This document shows positions 9,045 to 19,170 of a DNA stretch of 40,535 nucleotides, one piece after another; the stretch's first letter is position 1; each line of letters starts with the position of its first letter. The notes under the pieces are model-generated. The model was not told the DNA's origin, ran no database searches, and saw only the letters and a program-made list of their open reading frames with translations. The translations under genes were made by a program, and so were the position numbers. This DNA is from a virus (lineage: Duplodnaviria > Caudoviricetes). The stretch covers positions 1 to 40,535 of the IMG/VR virus record IMGVR_UViG_3300049173_000046. The stretch is one strand, 5' to 3'.

Positions 9045-9878
9045 ATGAGCGTAAACGCTTCGCAAGTCCTTACCGGGGCCCCCGATCAACTGACTACGGG
9101 CCCTATCCTCTCGGCACCGCGCGGCACGCCGTTGCCGGGCTCCATCGCGGACGCGCTGGACGCGGCCTTTGAAGATTCCGGGTACGTCTCGGAAGACGGG
9201 CTGACCCTTACGCCGGAACGGTCCACGGAACAAGTCCGTGACTGGTCCGGCTCCGTGGTCCGGGAACTGCTGACCGAATTCGCGGCGAAACTGGCCTGGT
9301 CGCATCTTGAGACAAACGAAACAAGCCTAAAGAACTACATGGGCGACGATAACGTCACGGTGACGGCCGCAACTGCCACGGAAGGCAAAAGGATTACGGC
9401 GCTTCTGCGCTCGTCCGAACTGCCGCGGAAGTCCTGGACATTCAAGATGAAGGACGGCGACGCGCGCGTCCTTATCGTCGTTCCGGACGGGCAGGTTTCC
9501 GAAACGGGCGAGGTGTCCTTCGTCAAGTCCTCGGCGCTGACGTGGCCGGTAACGCTGACAACTTACCCGGACGCGGACGGGGTAAACGTCTATATCTACC
9601 TGGACGACGGCACTGTCCTTACTGCCGGCGTGCCGGTGGTGTCCTCGGTTACCGGTTCGCCGGACCCGGCCGGCGCTGGCCAGCTCGTTACCCTCAAGGG
9701 CTCGCGGCTGACCGGTTCCACCTCGGTCACGGTGGACGGTACTCCGGTTACGGACTTCGTGGTGGTGGACTCCGAAACTATCGTCGCTACCCTGCCGGCA
9801 GGCGACGCGGGCCCGGCTGACGTCCTGGTCACTAACGGCGTGGGTGCTTCCACGGCGTTCTCCTACACTCGCGCGTAA
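9045..9878 (+). CDS. Major tail protein with C-terminal IPT/TIG Ig-like domain
   Basis: GYVSEDG, WSG, LETN motifs; C-term PVVSSV..GQLVTLKG..VTVDG..VVDS..IVATLPA..FSY. Confidence 0.92.
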   Translation: MSVNASQVLTGAPDQLTTGPILSAPRGTPLPGSIADALDAAFEDSGYVSEDGLTLTPERSTEQVRDWSGSVVRELLTEFAAKLAWSHLETNETSLKNYMGDDNVTVTAATATEGKRITALLRSSELPRKSWTFKMKDGDARVLIVVPDGQVSETGEVSFVKSSALTWPVTLTTYPDADGVNVYIYLDDGTVLTAGVPVVSSVTGSPDPAGAGQLVTLKGSRLTGSTSVTVDGTPVTDFVVVDSETIVATLPAGDAGPADVLVTNGVGASTAFSYTRA

Positions 9879-9897
9879 CGCGCGGGTTCCTCCTACT

Positions 9898-9940
9898 GGT
9901 GGCCGGGCTGCGCTGCGGGGCCCGGCCCGGCCACCTTTTT
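9898..9940 (+). terminator. Intrinsic terminator after major tail gene
   Basis: GGTGGCCGGGC...GCCCGGCCACC + TTTTT. Confidence 0.6.
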
Positions 9941-9983
9941 ACTGCATACCCGGCCCCCGTTCGTTCCCTGGAAGGCTCCGCAA

Positions 9984-10337
9984 ATGGTTTTTGAGGTCCC
10001 GGCGTCTCGCGCGTCGATAAAGCAGAATCAATTCGAATTCAAGGTTCCCGGCGAAAAGAAAACGCGGTCGCTGCCGCTGCTCAAGTTCGTGCCGGTGGGT
10101 TACCGGGACCGGCTGCAACGGCTGGCCGAACCTATCCACGCGGCGCAAAAGGCCGGAACGGACCCGGACCAGGCGGACCTTGCCGCGTTCGGGTCCTTCC
10201 AAATTGACCTGCTCGAACGGTACGCGCCGGGGATTACGGACCTTATGGACGATGAACAACTCGCCGCGCTGCTCAAGGCATGGACTCAAGCTTCCGGGAT
10301 TTCCGTGGGGGAATCGCGGGTCTCTGCTGGCTCCTGA
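9984..10337 (+). CDS. Tail assembly chaperone (short form)
   Basis: Between major tail and tape measure; W..ASG.SVGE ending at slippery site. Confidence 0.9.
   Translation: MVFEVPASRASIKQNQFEFKVPGEKKTRSLPLLKFVPVGYRDRLQRLAEPIHAAQKAGTDPDQADLAAFGSFQIDLLERYAPGITDLMDDEQLAALLKAWTQASGISVGESRVSAGS
10307..10313 (+). other. -1 programmed frameshift site G GGG GAA
   Basis: GTG GGG GAA in frame 0; -1 frame is the open ORF ending 10696. Confidence 0.85.
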
Positions 10338-10696
10338 GTCGTCACGCGGAGGCTATTGAAATTGACCTAATCCGGCTAGGGCTCCGGCTGGACGATTTGG
10401 GAACGCTCGCGCTGTCGTGGCGTGACTTGCTGGTGATCGTCCGCCGGTCCTCGCCGGGTTCGGACCTGGCTCGGGAAATAAACGGCGGGGAACCGCCGTG
10501 GGGTGTTACCGACTACCTTCTGGCCGCCGTGGTGGACCTGTTGGCGAATGCCAACTGGCAGCGGCAGGGCAAAAAGTCGGCACCTAAACCGCGGCCGATA
10601 AAGCGGCCGGGGCAGACGGTGGAAGGCCAAAAGTACGGCAGCAAGCCGATTCCTATTCGTGACTTCGACGCGTGGTGGGATAACCCGGAAAGATAG
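10307..10696 (+). CDS. Tail assembly chaperone, frameshifted extension (long form)
   Basis: Open -1 frame; W..TDYLLA..D.L..ANWQR..PKP..RPG motif. Confidence 0.85.
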   Translation, partial: GGIAGLCWLLSRHAEAIEIDLIRLGLRLDDLGTLALSWRDLLVIVRRSSPGSDLAREINGGEPPWGVTDYLLAAVVDLLANANWQRQGKKSAPKPRPIKRPGQTVEGQKYGSKPIPIRDFDAWWDNPER

Positions 10697-13057
10697 GTGG
10701 ACGCCGTGGCGAATGCGGTAGAACTGGCGACGGCTTACCTGTCCTTGGTTCCTTCCATGGAAGGCAGCCGGGAGAAGATTTCGCGGGAACTGATCCCGGC
10801 GGCGGAAAAGGCCGGGCAAGACGCCGGCGATAAAGCCGGCGAGGGCTTTGGGTCCCGGATGAAAACGGCCGGCATCGGGAAGGCGCACGCGGCTGGGCTC
10901 GATATCGGGGCCCGGCTTATGGACGGCTTCGGAATGGCGGCCGAACAGGCGGAACTCGGGCAAAAGCTCGCCGCGCAGCTGGCTCTGACTCCGGCCCAAA
11001 GTGCGAACGCCGGCGCGGCAGCCGGGAAGCTCTACGCCGGCGCTTATGGCGGCAGCCTGGAAGACGTCAACACGGCCGTGGGCGCGGTCATGTCTTCCAT
11101 GTCCGGAATGTCCACGGCATCCCAGGCGGAAATTGAAGCGGTCACGGCTAAGACGCTTGATCTTGCTTCGGCGTTTGATGTGGACGTAAACGAGGCCACT
11201 AACGCGGCCGGCGTTCTCATGAGTACCGGCCTGGCCGGGAACGCTACGGAAGCAATGGACCTAATAACCGTTGCCATGCAAAAAGTACCGGCGCAAATGC
11301 GCGGGGAAGTCTTCCCTATCGTGGAGGAATACTCTAAGCACTTCGCTACCCTCGGGCTCGACGGCGAAACTGCCATGTCGATGATCGTTGGGGCGTCCTC
11401 CGGCGGTATGCAAGCAATCGACAAAACGGGCGACGCGTTAAAGGAATTTTCGCTAATCGCTGTAGGGGCAGCCGGTGACAAAAAGCTAACGGAAGCTTTC
11501 GACTCCATCGGCCTGTCCGCGGACGAAATGTCGCGGGCCATGGCTAACGGTGGCGCGGAAGGTCAAGCGGCAATGAAGCGGACGGCCGAGGGGCTGTTGG
11601 CTATTGAGGACCCGGCGACGCGGGCCCAAACGGCTATTCAGTTGTTTGGCACTCCGCTGGAAGACTTGGGCACGGATCAAATTCCGGGGTTCCTGTCCTC
11701 CCTCGCCGGGGCCGGCAACACTATGGGCGACGTCGCCGGGCAGTCGGCCGAATTCTCGAAAACGCTGAATTCCGGGCCGAAAACGGCCATGCTCACTCTG
11801 CAACGGACCGCGGACACGGCGTTCGCCGGTATCGCTACGGCCGCGCTGCCGGTCCTTACGGAAGTGACGGGCTGGCTAAGCCAAAACGCGTGGGCGTTCG
11901 GGGTTATTGCCGCCGTTATCGGGGTAACCATGGTGGCGGCTTTTACTGCGTGGGCCGTTTCCGCGTGGGCCGTCGTGGCTCCGCTGCTGGCTAACCCGAT
12001 TACCTGGATTGTCCTCGGCATCGTCGCGCTAATCGCGGCGCTTGTCCTCCTGGTGATGAACTGGGACACGGTCGTCGCGTGGGTCACGGAAGTGTGGGGC
12101 GGTTTCGTCAACTGGGCCGGGGAAGCATTCGCCGGCCTGGGCTCCTGGCTCGCTGAAATTTGGAACGGGATTTCGTCCTGGTTCATGGGGGCCCTGTCCG
12201 GCTTCGGCTCCTGGTGGACCGGCATGTGGGGCGGCTTTTTCAACTGGGTCGGGGAAATTTTCGGCGGCTTCGGTAACTGGATAATGTCCATTTGGAACGG
12301 GATAGCGGCCTGGTTCATGGGGGCCCTTTCGGCTTACCTGTCGTTCTGGTCCTCCATCTGGACGAACGTGTCCAATTTCGTGATGTCCGTTTGGAACGGG
12401 ATAACCGGATTTATTGCCGGGATTCCGGGCGCTATCTTCGGTTACCTGGGGCAGCTTGCGGCCCTGGGCGGCATGGCGCTCGAATGGTTCGGGGGCATCC
12501 TGTCCGCCGGCATGGCGAAACTCGGGGAACTCATCGGCTTCGTGGCCGGCATTCCGGGCCAAATAGTCGGGTTCTTTGCCGGGCTCGGCGGGATGCTGTG
12601 GGACGCCGGCAGCCAAATTATCGGCGGGCTGCTCGACGGGCTCAAGGCCGGGTTTCAGGGTGTTATGGATTTCGTCGGCGGGATCGCCGGCTGGATCGCT
12701 GAACATAAGGGGCCCAAAGCTTACGATATGGGGCTCCTGATCCCGGCCGGCGGCTGGATTATGGGCGGGCTCGAAAAGGGGCTGCGGTCCGAAATTCCGG
12801 CGCTCGAAAAGACGCTGGAAGACATAACGGCCGTGGTCCGGGTGGGGGCTCCGGACTCGGTCGGGCTCGGCCCGGTGGGCGACGTCGCCGGCAGCGTCAC
12901 GGCCGCGGCGTCCGCGTCCGGGTACGGGCCGGCCCCCGTTGGGGCCGGCGTCGTGAACAACATAGAAGTCAATAACCCGGTGCCGGAACCTGCCGGCGCT
13001 TCCATTACTGGCGCGCTGTCTAAAGCTGCCTATCTCGGGCTGGACGGGGGCGAATAG
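10697..13057 (+). CDS. Tape measure protein
   Basis: 786 aa, ELATAY N-term, DK.GDALKEF, TM segments and periodic Trp/Phe repeats; start may be GTG 10706. Confidence 0.95.
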   Translation: MDAVANAVELATAYLSLVPSMEGSREKISRELIPAAEKAGQDAGDKAGEGFGSRMKTAGIGKAHAAGLDIGARLMDGFGMAAEQAELGQKLAAQLALTPAQSANAGAAAGKLYAGAYGGSLEDVNTAVGAVMSSMSGMSTASQAEIEAVTAKTLDLASAFDVDVNEATNAAGVLMSTGLAGNATEAMDLITVAMQKVPAQMRGEVFPIVEEYSKHFATLGLDGETAMSMIVGASSGGMQAIDKTGDALKEFSLIAVGAAGDKKLTEAFDSIGLSADEMSRAMANGGAEGQAAMKRTAEGLLAIEDPATRAQTAIQLFGTPLEDLGTDQIPGFLSSLAGAGNTMGDVAGQSAEFSKTLNSGPKTAMLTLQRTADTAFAGIATAALPVLTEVTGWLSQNAWAFGVIAAVIGVTMVAAFTAWAVSAWAVVAPLLANPITWIVLGIVALIAALVLLVMNWDTVVAWVTEVWGGFVNWAGEAFAGLGSWLAEIWNGISSWFMGALSGFGSWWTGMWGGFFNWVGEIFGGFGNWIMSIWNGIAAWFMGALSAYLSFWSSIWTNVSNFVMSVWNGITGFIAGIPGAIFGYLGQLAALGGMALEWFGGILSAGMAKLGELIGFVAGIPGQIVGFFAGLGGMLWDAGSQIIGGLLDGLKAGFQGVMDFVGGIAGWIAEHKGPKAYDMGLLIPAGGWIMGGLEKGLRSEIPALEKTLEDITAVVRVGAPDSVGLGPVGDVAGSVTAAASASGYGPAPVGAGVVNNIEVNNPVPEPAGASITGALSKAAYLGLDGGE

Positions 13058-13860
13058 TGGAAACGTGGACTATTGACGGGGTTCCGCTGCTGACTTTGGC
13101 GGCTGACGTGCAACGGATCGACTCGGCTCTGGCTCCGCCGTTGCGCGGCGGCGACCGGCAGTACGCGTTCCGGCCCGGTGCCGAATTCCGGCCGCGGGTC
13201 ACGGACTCGCGGACTATTACGCTGGGGCTGTGGCTGCTCGGGCAGGACGGGCCCGGCTCGACGCCGGCAGCCTACGAGGTGAACTACGCCGGCGCGGAAC
13301 GGAAGCTGCAGCGGCTGCTCCGGCCGGACGCCGGCCGGCAATTCGAAATATCCCGGACGTGGACGGACGATTTGGGGACCCATACGGCGACGGGTCACGG
13401 CATCGGGGACACTATCGAACGGAAACGCTCCGGCCGGTTCTCCGGCCGGGTAACCGTCGATATTTTCATGGCGGACCCGTTCTTTTACGGGGACCCGGTG
13501 GCCGTGCCGCTGGCGGTCGGGGCGGCCACGGTCGTCTCGAACGCCGGCGACGACTCCACTACGGCCGTTGTCCTCGACTTCGCCGGCCCCCTGTCTAACC
13601 CGACCGTGACTAACTCCACGCTAACGCCGGAAGTGTGGGTCAAGGCCGGCACGGACCTGGCGAACGGCGACGGGCTGACCCTGGACGTCCGGGCCACCTC
13701 GGTACTGCGGGACTCGGACGGCGGGAACCTTATCGGGGCCGTGACTCATTCCGGCGCGCGGGCCTGGCTGTCGCTGGGCCGCGGTGCCAACACGGTCACG
13801 CTGTCCACGGATTCCGGGGCCGGCTCCGCGGTCCTGACCTTCCAGCCGGTCTACTACTAA
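13057..13860 (+). CDS. Minor tail protein (distal tail/Dit-like)
   Basis: First gene after TMP; DPFFYG, GP..NP, L..G.N motifs. Confidence 0.85.
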   Translation: METWTIDGVPLLTLAADVQRIDSALAPPLRGGDRQYAFRPGAEFRPRVTDSRTITLGLWLLGQDGPGSTPAAYEVNYAGAERKLQRLLRPDAGRQFEISRTWTDDLGTHTATGHGIGDTIERKRSGRFSGRVTVDIFMADPFFYGDPVAVPLAVGAATVVSNAGDDSTTAVVLDFAGPLSNPTVTNSTLTPEVWVKAGTDLANGDGLTLDVRATSVLRDSDGGNLIGAVTHSGARAWLSLGRGANTVTLSTDSGAGSAVLTFQPVYY

Positions 13861-13876
13861 ACGCAAGGGGTAAACG

Positions 13877-14059
13877 ATGCCTATCGAACGCGACGGCAAA
13901 CACTGGTGCGAACCGGCAGCGGAAACGCCGGACGAAAACGGCCGGTGGTCCTGCACTTGCGGGACCGTCTGGACCTATGACGCGGCCGGCCGGCTTTGGT
14001 CGCCGGAACCGGCAGACACAAAACGGAAGACGCGGGCGCGGAAGGCGGGGGCTGAATAA
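13877..14059 (+). CDS. Small His/Cys protein
   Basis: AAGGGG SD, HWC..WSCTCG, TAATG coupling to next gene. Confidence 0.6.
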   Translation: MPIERDGKHWCEPAAETPDENGRWSCTCGTVWTYDAAGRLWSPEPADTKRKTRARKAGAE

Positions 14060-14910
14060 TGGCGGGCAACTATCCGGACGCGCCGTCCTGGCGTATGGCT
14101 TACGATCGGGACGGCACCCAGGTCTACATAATCAATTCGTCTAACGTCATAACCCAGCAAACCTCCGGAACGATTCTTTCCCTGAACGATGACGGCGACA
14201 CGCAGGTCGCTATCCAAAGCACGAACGCGACTAACTCCCTTGTGTTCATCTTCCCGGAACTGCGGGACCTGGACGGGTTCCTGCATATGGGCAGCGGCGG
14301 GCCGTCCTCCATTACCGTCTCCGTTTCGGCGGACACAACAAACGGGCTCGATGGGACTTGGACAACTATTGGGACGGCGCAGCCAATTGGCGGGGCCGTC
14401 AAACCGCTTTACCGGACTTCGATAGTCTCCACCACGGTCCTGGCTATCCGGGCGTTCAAAATTCGGGGCGTTACTGGTGCTTCGAATACCTGGTCCGTTT
14501 CCGCCGTCCACCTTTACGGGGAACCGGTGCCGGGCGCTAACCCTAACCGGTTGGAACTGTGGCACCCTACGCTGGACGAAAAGTTGCCGCCGGCCTATTT
14601 CGATTGGGGCGACGTGCCGCGGTCCTCGTCCGCGGACCGGACGTTCCGGGTCAAGAATCTTTCTGGCTCCATGACGGCCGGTTCCGTCCGGGTTGCCATG
14701 GAATCGCTGACGGATACCACGCCGTCTGTGGTGGCTCAGCATACTTTGAGCTATAACGGCGGAACGTTCCTGGCGCAGGTCAATATTGGGGACCTCGCCG
14801 CGGGGGCGATTAGCGGGCCGCTGACTCTGCGGCGGGTTACTCCGTCTAATGCGGTTCTGTCGCTGTGGTCCTTCCGGGTCTTTGCCGAATCTTCGACGGT
14901 GTGGACGTAA
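14059..14910 (+). CDS. Minor tail protein
   Basis: Tail module position, Ser/Thr-rich beta protein. Confidence 0.7.
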   Translation: MAGNYPDAPSWRMAYDRDGTQVYIINSSNVITQQTSGTILSLNDDGDTQVAIQSTNATNSLVFIFPELRDLDGFLHMGSGGPSSITVSVSADTTNGLDGTWTTIGTAQPIGGAVKPLYRTSIVSTTVLAIRAFKIRGVTGASNTWSVSAVHLYGEPVPGANPNRLELWHPTLDEKLPPAYFDWGDVPRSSSADRTFRVKNLSGSMTAGSVRVAMESLTDTTPSVVAQHTLSYNGGTFLAQVNIGDLAAGAISGPLTLRRVTPSNAVLSLWSFRVFAESSTVWT

Positions 14911-14913
14911 ATC

Positions 14914-15330
14914 ATGGCAACGGTACTGGAACGGAATGCGACACTTCGGGCGCACTTCGGCGCGGACCGGGGGGCGGTGTCGCTGGGCACGCTGTACTTC
15001 GCGCTTTTCAACGGGGACCCGTTGGCGGCCGGGGTGGAACCAACGGCCGCCGGCGGGTACGCGCGGGTGGCTAAGGCAAATAACGCGACGGTTTGGGGAA
15101 CCATTGCCGCCGGGGCAACTTCGGTTAGTAACTCCGGCGCGTCCGGCGAAATACTCTGGCCGGCCCTGTCTGCGCTTTGGTCCCAGGCTCAAGTGACGCA
15201 CTGGGCTATTTTCGATAATTCGACGGGCGGCGCGATGTGGTACTCGGGGGCGCTGTCCTCTCCTATCGTGCCTACCGGGGCGGGTGATGTTCCGCGGATT
15301 CCCGCGGGGTCCTTCTCTATCAATGCGTAG
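14914..15330 (+). CDS. Minor tail protein
   Basis: LYFALF.GDP..E..GGYARV, THWAIFD..TGG motif family common in phage tails. Confidence 0.8.
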   Translation: MATVLERNATLRAHFGADRGAVSLGTLYFALFNGDPLAAGVEPTAAGGYARVAKANNATVWGTIAAGATSVSNSGASGEILWPALSALWSQAQVTHWAIFDNSTGGAMWYSGALSSPIVPTGAGDVPRIPAGSFSINA

Positions 15331-15340
15331 GGGTTAAACC

Positions 15341-16261
15341 ATGGCAACTTTTGACCGGTCCGCGACGGGGACTATTGACTCGCTCCGGTTCTCCGCGGCC
15401 GGCGTCGCTTCCGGCTATGCCGTGGCTCTGGCGGGTCCGCCGGCCGGGACCCGGCCCCCGTCGCTGGCGGTGCCGCTGTCCCTGCTCGTGTCCTCGACGT
15501 CGGCCCTAAACACGGACGTGGCGGTGCAAGTTTCCGTGGATCCGGCTTTCGGCTCGCTGGCGTACTCCAACACGCTAACGAACCGGGCGGACGGCATTCA
15601 CTCCGTCACGGTGTCCGGCCTGGCTGACCAAACGAAATATTACTGGCGGGCGCGGGCAGCGGAAACGGGAACCACTACGTGGACCGCGTGGACTCCGGCG
15701 TGGACCTTTACGCCGGACCTGTCGGCCGGTAAGGCGTTTGGTTATGTCTATCTGAACGCCGGCGCGGACGCGGTCCCGGATCCGGACTCCGTGGGGTGGG
15801 TTGCCGAAAACGTGGGGGTCGCGGTCACGCCGTCCTCGGTGGGCTTCGGTTCCGTCTCGGAAAACGTCGGGGTCGCGGTCACGCTGTCCGGGGTGGGCTT
15901 CGGATATGCGCACTACGGCGACGCGTCCACTAACCCGCCGGACCCTCGAATCTGGTTTTTGCTGCCGGCCGCCGGCAGGTCCGGGGACGGGATCCGCATC
16001 TTCTGCTTCGGCGTGGGGGACCTCGCGGCGACATTTTCCGGAAGTGTTGAACTGGACTACGGCTCAATTTTGGGCTGGGTTGCGGTCCCGGTGATCTCCT
16101 GGCAGACGTTCCCGCCGGGCCCGGAAGCGTACACGGCACTTCGGAAGCTGGACCCGGCCGCCGGCTATATCGACATGCAGCACACGGTTATTGAAATTGT
16201 GATTCCGGACGGCGCGGTTCCTCCGGGCTATCCGGTGCGGATTAGGACGGTGACTCCGTGA
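15341..16261 (+). CDS. Minor tail protein with FN3-like domain
   Basis: L.D.TKYYWRARA FN3 signature; internal 18-aa repeat. Confidence 0.75.
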   Translation: MATFDRSATGTIDSLRFSAAGVASGYAVALAGPPAGTRPPSLAVPLSLLVSSTSALNTDVAVQVSVDPAFGSLAYSNTLTNRADGIHSVTVSGLADQTKYYWRARAAETGTTTWTAWTPAWTFTPDLSAGKAFGYVYLNAGADAVPDPDSVGWVAENVGVAVTPSSVGFGSVSENVGVAVTLSGVGFGYAHYGDASTNPPDPRIWFLLPAAGRSGDGIRIFCFGVGDLAATFSGSVELDYGSILGWVAVPVISWQTFPPGPEAYTALRKLDPAAGYIDMQHTVIEIVIPDGAVPPGYPVRIRTVTP

Positions 16262-18318
16262 CGGTTCGGCTAAGTAATGAAGCGTTTCTAACCGTCCTTC
16301 CCCCTCGGTCCCTGGACGGGGTGGGCTGGACGTGCCGGGTCCTCTCGGAACGTGACTACTCCTCACCTATCGCACTTGTGGAACGGTTCGCCGGGCTGGG
16401 GTTCACGGTGGAGGCGAACGCGGAAGGCGGCGCAACGGTAACGCTCGACGCCGACGACGCTGTCTTTACGGCAGCGCTGCCGGTGGGCGAAACGGTCCGG
16501 CTTGCGGACCAGGAGGCGCTTTGGCAGATATTGGAAGACGGGCAGGTTAGGTTCGAATTCCTGGCGGAAGACGTGGACGCGGACGTTATCGCGGAAGGCG
16601 GCGGCCCGCGGGAAACGGTCATAACCGGCCGCGGGACCGCGTCCGTCCTCGAATGGGCCCCCGTTTTGCCGGCCGGGATGCCGACGCCGTCTTCTATGTC
16701 CCGGACCTTTCAACTTCATCCCATGGCGGCGTGGCACGCGTTGTTCCTGGAAGCTCAAGCGGCCGGGTTCCTCACTTGGGTAAACCTGTCCTTTGATGAA
16801 GTGGAGGACTCGACGGGGACCGCGTGGGGGCCGGCTCAATCGCTGACGGTAAACGCCGGCGATACCCTCCTGGACCTGCTCAAACGGTGGGCGGAAGCAA
16901 ACGAACTGCGGTGGCGTATGCTGCCGGGGTTCACGCTGGAAGTACGGCAGGGCGACGGCTCCCATTTGGAAGATTCGGTGGTCTTCACGCAGTTCCGTTC
17001 TCAAGGCGGGCACCGGCGGAAGGTTACCCGGCGGGAACTGGCGAACGTGGTTTATGCCGATTCCGGGGACAACGGGGTGGCTATCGCTCAAGACGGGACC
17101 TCGGCGGCTAAGTGGCGGAAGCGGGCCGCGTGGGTCACGGCCGGCGACGCTTCGGACGCTTCGGCTCGGTCCATGGTGGCGAACGTGTCCCTTGGGCTGG
17201 CAAAAGACCAGCGGATATCGCGGACTATTGCGCTTATCCCGGACCGGGAAGGCCGGCACCCTTTTGTGGACTTCAACGTCCACGATTGGGTGGGCGTGGA
17301 AGTCCCGGACGATGAAACGGAATCGGGGGCCCGGAAGGTCGCCGGCCTGGCGGTCGATATCGACGCGGACGGCGTGGTGCAATACGAGGCCACCTTGTCC
17401 TCGCGGTTTGAAGTCCGGGCGGTCAAAACGCAACGGCTCCTGGATAAGCTGGGCGGCTCGGAACGCTCGGGCTCCGGCGGGGCCGCGTCCTCTCCGATCC
17501 CGGTGTCTAAAATCGTTTCCGCCACTAACCTGGCGGACCTCTCGGACGTGGACCTCACTGCGCCGGCCCCCGGTTCGCTGCTGCAATACTCCGGCGGCCG
17601 CTGGGTGGACGTCGTGGCGAACCTGGACCTGCTCGCGGACGTCGCAACGGCCGGGGCTTCGGCTCCTACTGCTGGGCAAGTCCTGACCTATGACGCGGCG
17701 GCCGGGCTGTGGAAGCCGGCCACGCCGGCTGCCGGCGGCGGCGGCTCGGCGTGGGAAAAGGTTATCGACGTTCCGGGGACTACCTGGACGCCGGCGGACT
17801 GGATCGTGGCGGCCGGGACCTGGGGTTCGGACGGCGCGGCGATAACCCAAACGTCTACGGCGGCGAACCTCCGGGCCCGGCTAAGCAAAAAGGTACTAAC
17901 CGGCTTTTGCATAGTCGACGCGGAAATTCTCGTGGTGTCCTCCACTACGTCCGACACTCAAGCCGGCATCCTGATCGGCACGGCCGGCACCGGCGGAACG
18001 GTCGGGACCTCGGGCACGCTGTTCCGGCTCCATATGAACCTGGCGACGGCGGACAAGGTGGAAATAGAACAAGACCAAACGGCGGCCCGTTTTAGTTCGG
18101 CTATGAACTGGGGCGGCCTGAACGTCTGGAAAAAGGTCCGGGCCGTTCAAATGGGCGGCGTTGCGTCCGTCTACCTGGACGGGGTCCTGCTCGGCTCCGC
18201 TGGCAATAACGCTAACGCGTCGAATGACGCGTCCTGGGTCGGTCTTAAGGCGTCTTCGGCGTCGGTCAAGTTCCGGAATATCAAGGTTTGGAATCCGGTC
18301 ATGCCGGCGCTTCCGTGA
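16258..18318 (+). CDS. Large minor tail / baseplate hub with putative receptor-binding lectin-like C-term
   Basis: 686 aa; LADLSDV..G.LL.Y..W linker repeats; C-term VYLDGVLL..VGL..VKFRNIKV (ConA/LamG-like). Confidence 0.8.
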   Translation: MTVRLSNEAFLTVLPPRSLDGVGWTCRVLSERDYSSPIALVERFAGLGFTVEANAEGGATVTLDADDAVFTAALPVGETVRLADQEALWQILEDGQVRFEFLAEDVDADVIAEGGGPRETVITGRGTASVLEWAPVLPAGMPTPSSMSRTFQLHPMAAWHALFLEAQAAGFLTWVNLSFDEVEDSTGTAWGPAQSLTVNAGDTLLDLLKRWAEANELRWRMLPGFTLEVRQGDGSHLEDSVVFTQFRSQGGHRRKVTRRELANVVYADSGDNGVAIAQDGTSAAKWRKRAAWVTAGDASDASARSMVANVSLGLAKDQRISRTIALIPDREGRHPFVDFNVHDWVGVEVPDDETESGARKVAGLAVDIDADGVVQYEATLSSRFEVRAVKTQRLLDKLGGSERSGSGGAASSPIPVSKIVSATNLADLSDVDLTAPAPGSLLQYSGGRWVDVVANLDLLADVATAGASAPTAGQVLTYDAAAGLWKPATPAAGGGGSAWEKVIDVPGTTWTPADWIVAAGTWGSDGAAITQTSTAANLRARLSKKVLTGFCIVDAEILVVSSTTSDTQAGILIGTAGTGGTVGTSGTLFRLHMNLATADKVEIEQDQTAARFSSAMNWGGLNVWKKVRAVQMGGVASVYLDGVLLGSAGNNANASNDASWVGLKASSASVKFRNIKVWNPVMPALP

Positions 18319-18338
18319 CGCTAACAAAAGGGGGCGTG

Positions 18339-18794
18339 ATGCTCGGACGGCCGAAAACGGCAGCGGGCCGGCGGCGGTCCGCTGCCATGGGGCTGCTGCA
18401 ACTGGTCCACGAACCGGCAGCGATAAACGCGGCTCAAGTCGTGGCGTACATAACGGCCGGCGCGGCGGGTTTGCTCGCCGCGCTGGGCGGGGTGCCTACT
18501 CTCCTAACGGGCACTATCGGGCCGGTTATGTCGGTCTTCGTGGGCTCGGTCCTCGTGGTCGGCGGGATACTCGGCGCGGTCGCGGTGCTGTCCGGTCACT
18601 GGTGGCTGGAACGGGTCGCGCTGCTGATAGTAGGGCTGGGGTGGGTGATGGTCCTGCCGGCCGCGCTGACGTTCGCCGTCTCGGGTAGGTCCTCGGCGGT
18701 GTGGCTGGTGGTGGCGCTGGTGGTCACGGCGCTGTCGGACATCTTCAAACGATTTAGGCGGATTGACTGGGCCTATTTGGACCCGACGAAATAG
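18339..18794 (+). CDS. 4-TM membrane protein (lysis-associated)
   Basis: Four hydrophobic segments, upstream of endolysin. Confidence 0.75.
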   Translation: MLGRPKTAAGRRRSAAMGLLQLVHEPAAINAAQVVAYITAGAAGLLAALGGVPTLLTGTIGPVMSVFVGSVLVVGGILGAVAVLSGHWWLERVALLIVGLGWVMVLPAALTFAVSGRSSAVWLVVALVVTALSDIFKRFRRIDWAYLDPTK

Positions 18795-18804
18795 GGGGGC
18801 CGGC

Positions 18805-19104
18805 GTGACTCCGGAAGTGATAACGGCGCTGCTCGGCGTCGGCGGTCTGTCTGTCATTCTCCCCAAAATTATCGACGGGCTGCGGGCCTGGAAGTCCGGC
18901 CGGGCCATGGCCGAAAAGGTCAATAACCGGTCCCTGCTGTCCCGGCTGACGGACGCGGAAGCAAGGGCGGAAGCTGAGGCCGGATTCCGCCGGAAGTTGG
19001 AAGAATACGCCGGCACGCTGCGTCTGCTCCTGGTCAATGCCGGATTTCCGGCCGAAAAGTTGCCGCCGTGGCCGGTCCGTAGTGAAAAGGACCAGGCGCA
19101 CTAA
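18805..19104 (+). CDS. 1-TM + coiled-coil membrane protein (lysis-associated)
   Basis: ITALLGVGGLSVIL TM, coiled coil, PPWP end. Confidence 0.75.
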   Translation: MTPEVITALLGVGGLSVILPKIIDGLRAWKSGRAMAEKVNNRSLLSRLTDAEARAEAEAGFRRKLEEYAGTLRLLLVNAGFPAEKLPPWPVRSEKDQAH

Positions 19105-19139
19105 GCCACGGCGGGCCCCGCGTCCATCTTGGGCGCTCT

Positions 19140-19170
19140 CCCTCCTACCCGTCCGGGTGGGGGGTTTTTT
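19140..19170 (+). terminator. Intrinsic terminator-like hairpin just upstream of endolysin
   Basis: CCTCCTACCC-GTCC-GGGTGGGGGG + TTTTTT. Confidence 0.65.

Noticed and set aside
12060-12700. Periodic TGG/TTC repeats
   Set aside because: Normal Trp/Phe repeats of tape measure proteins
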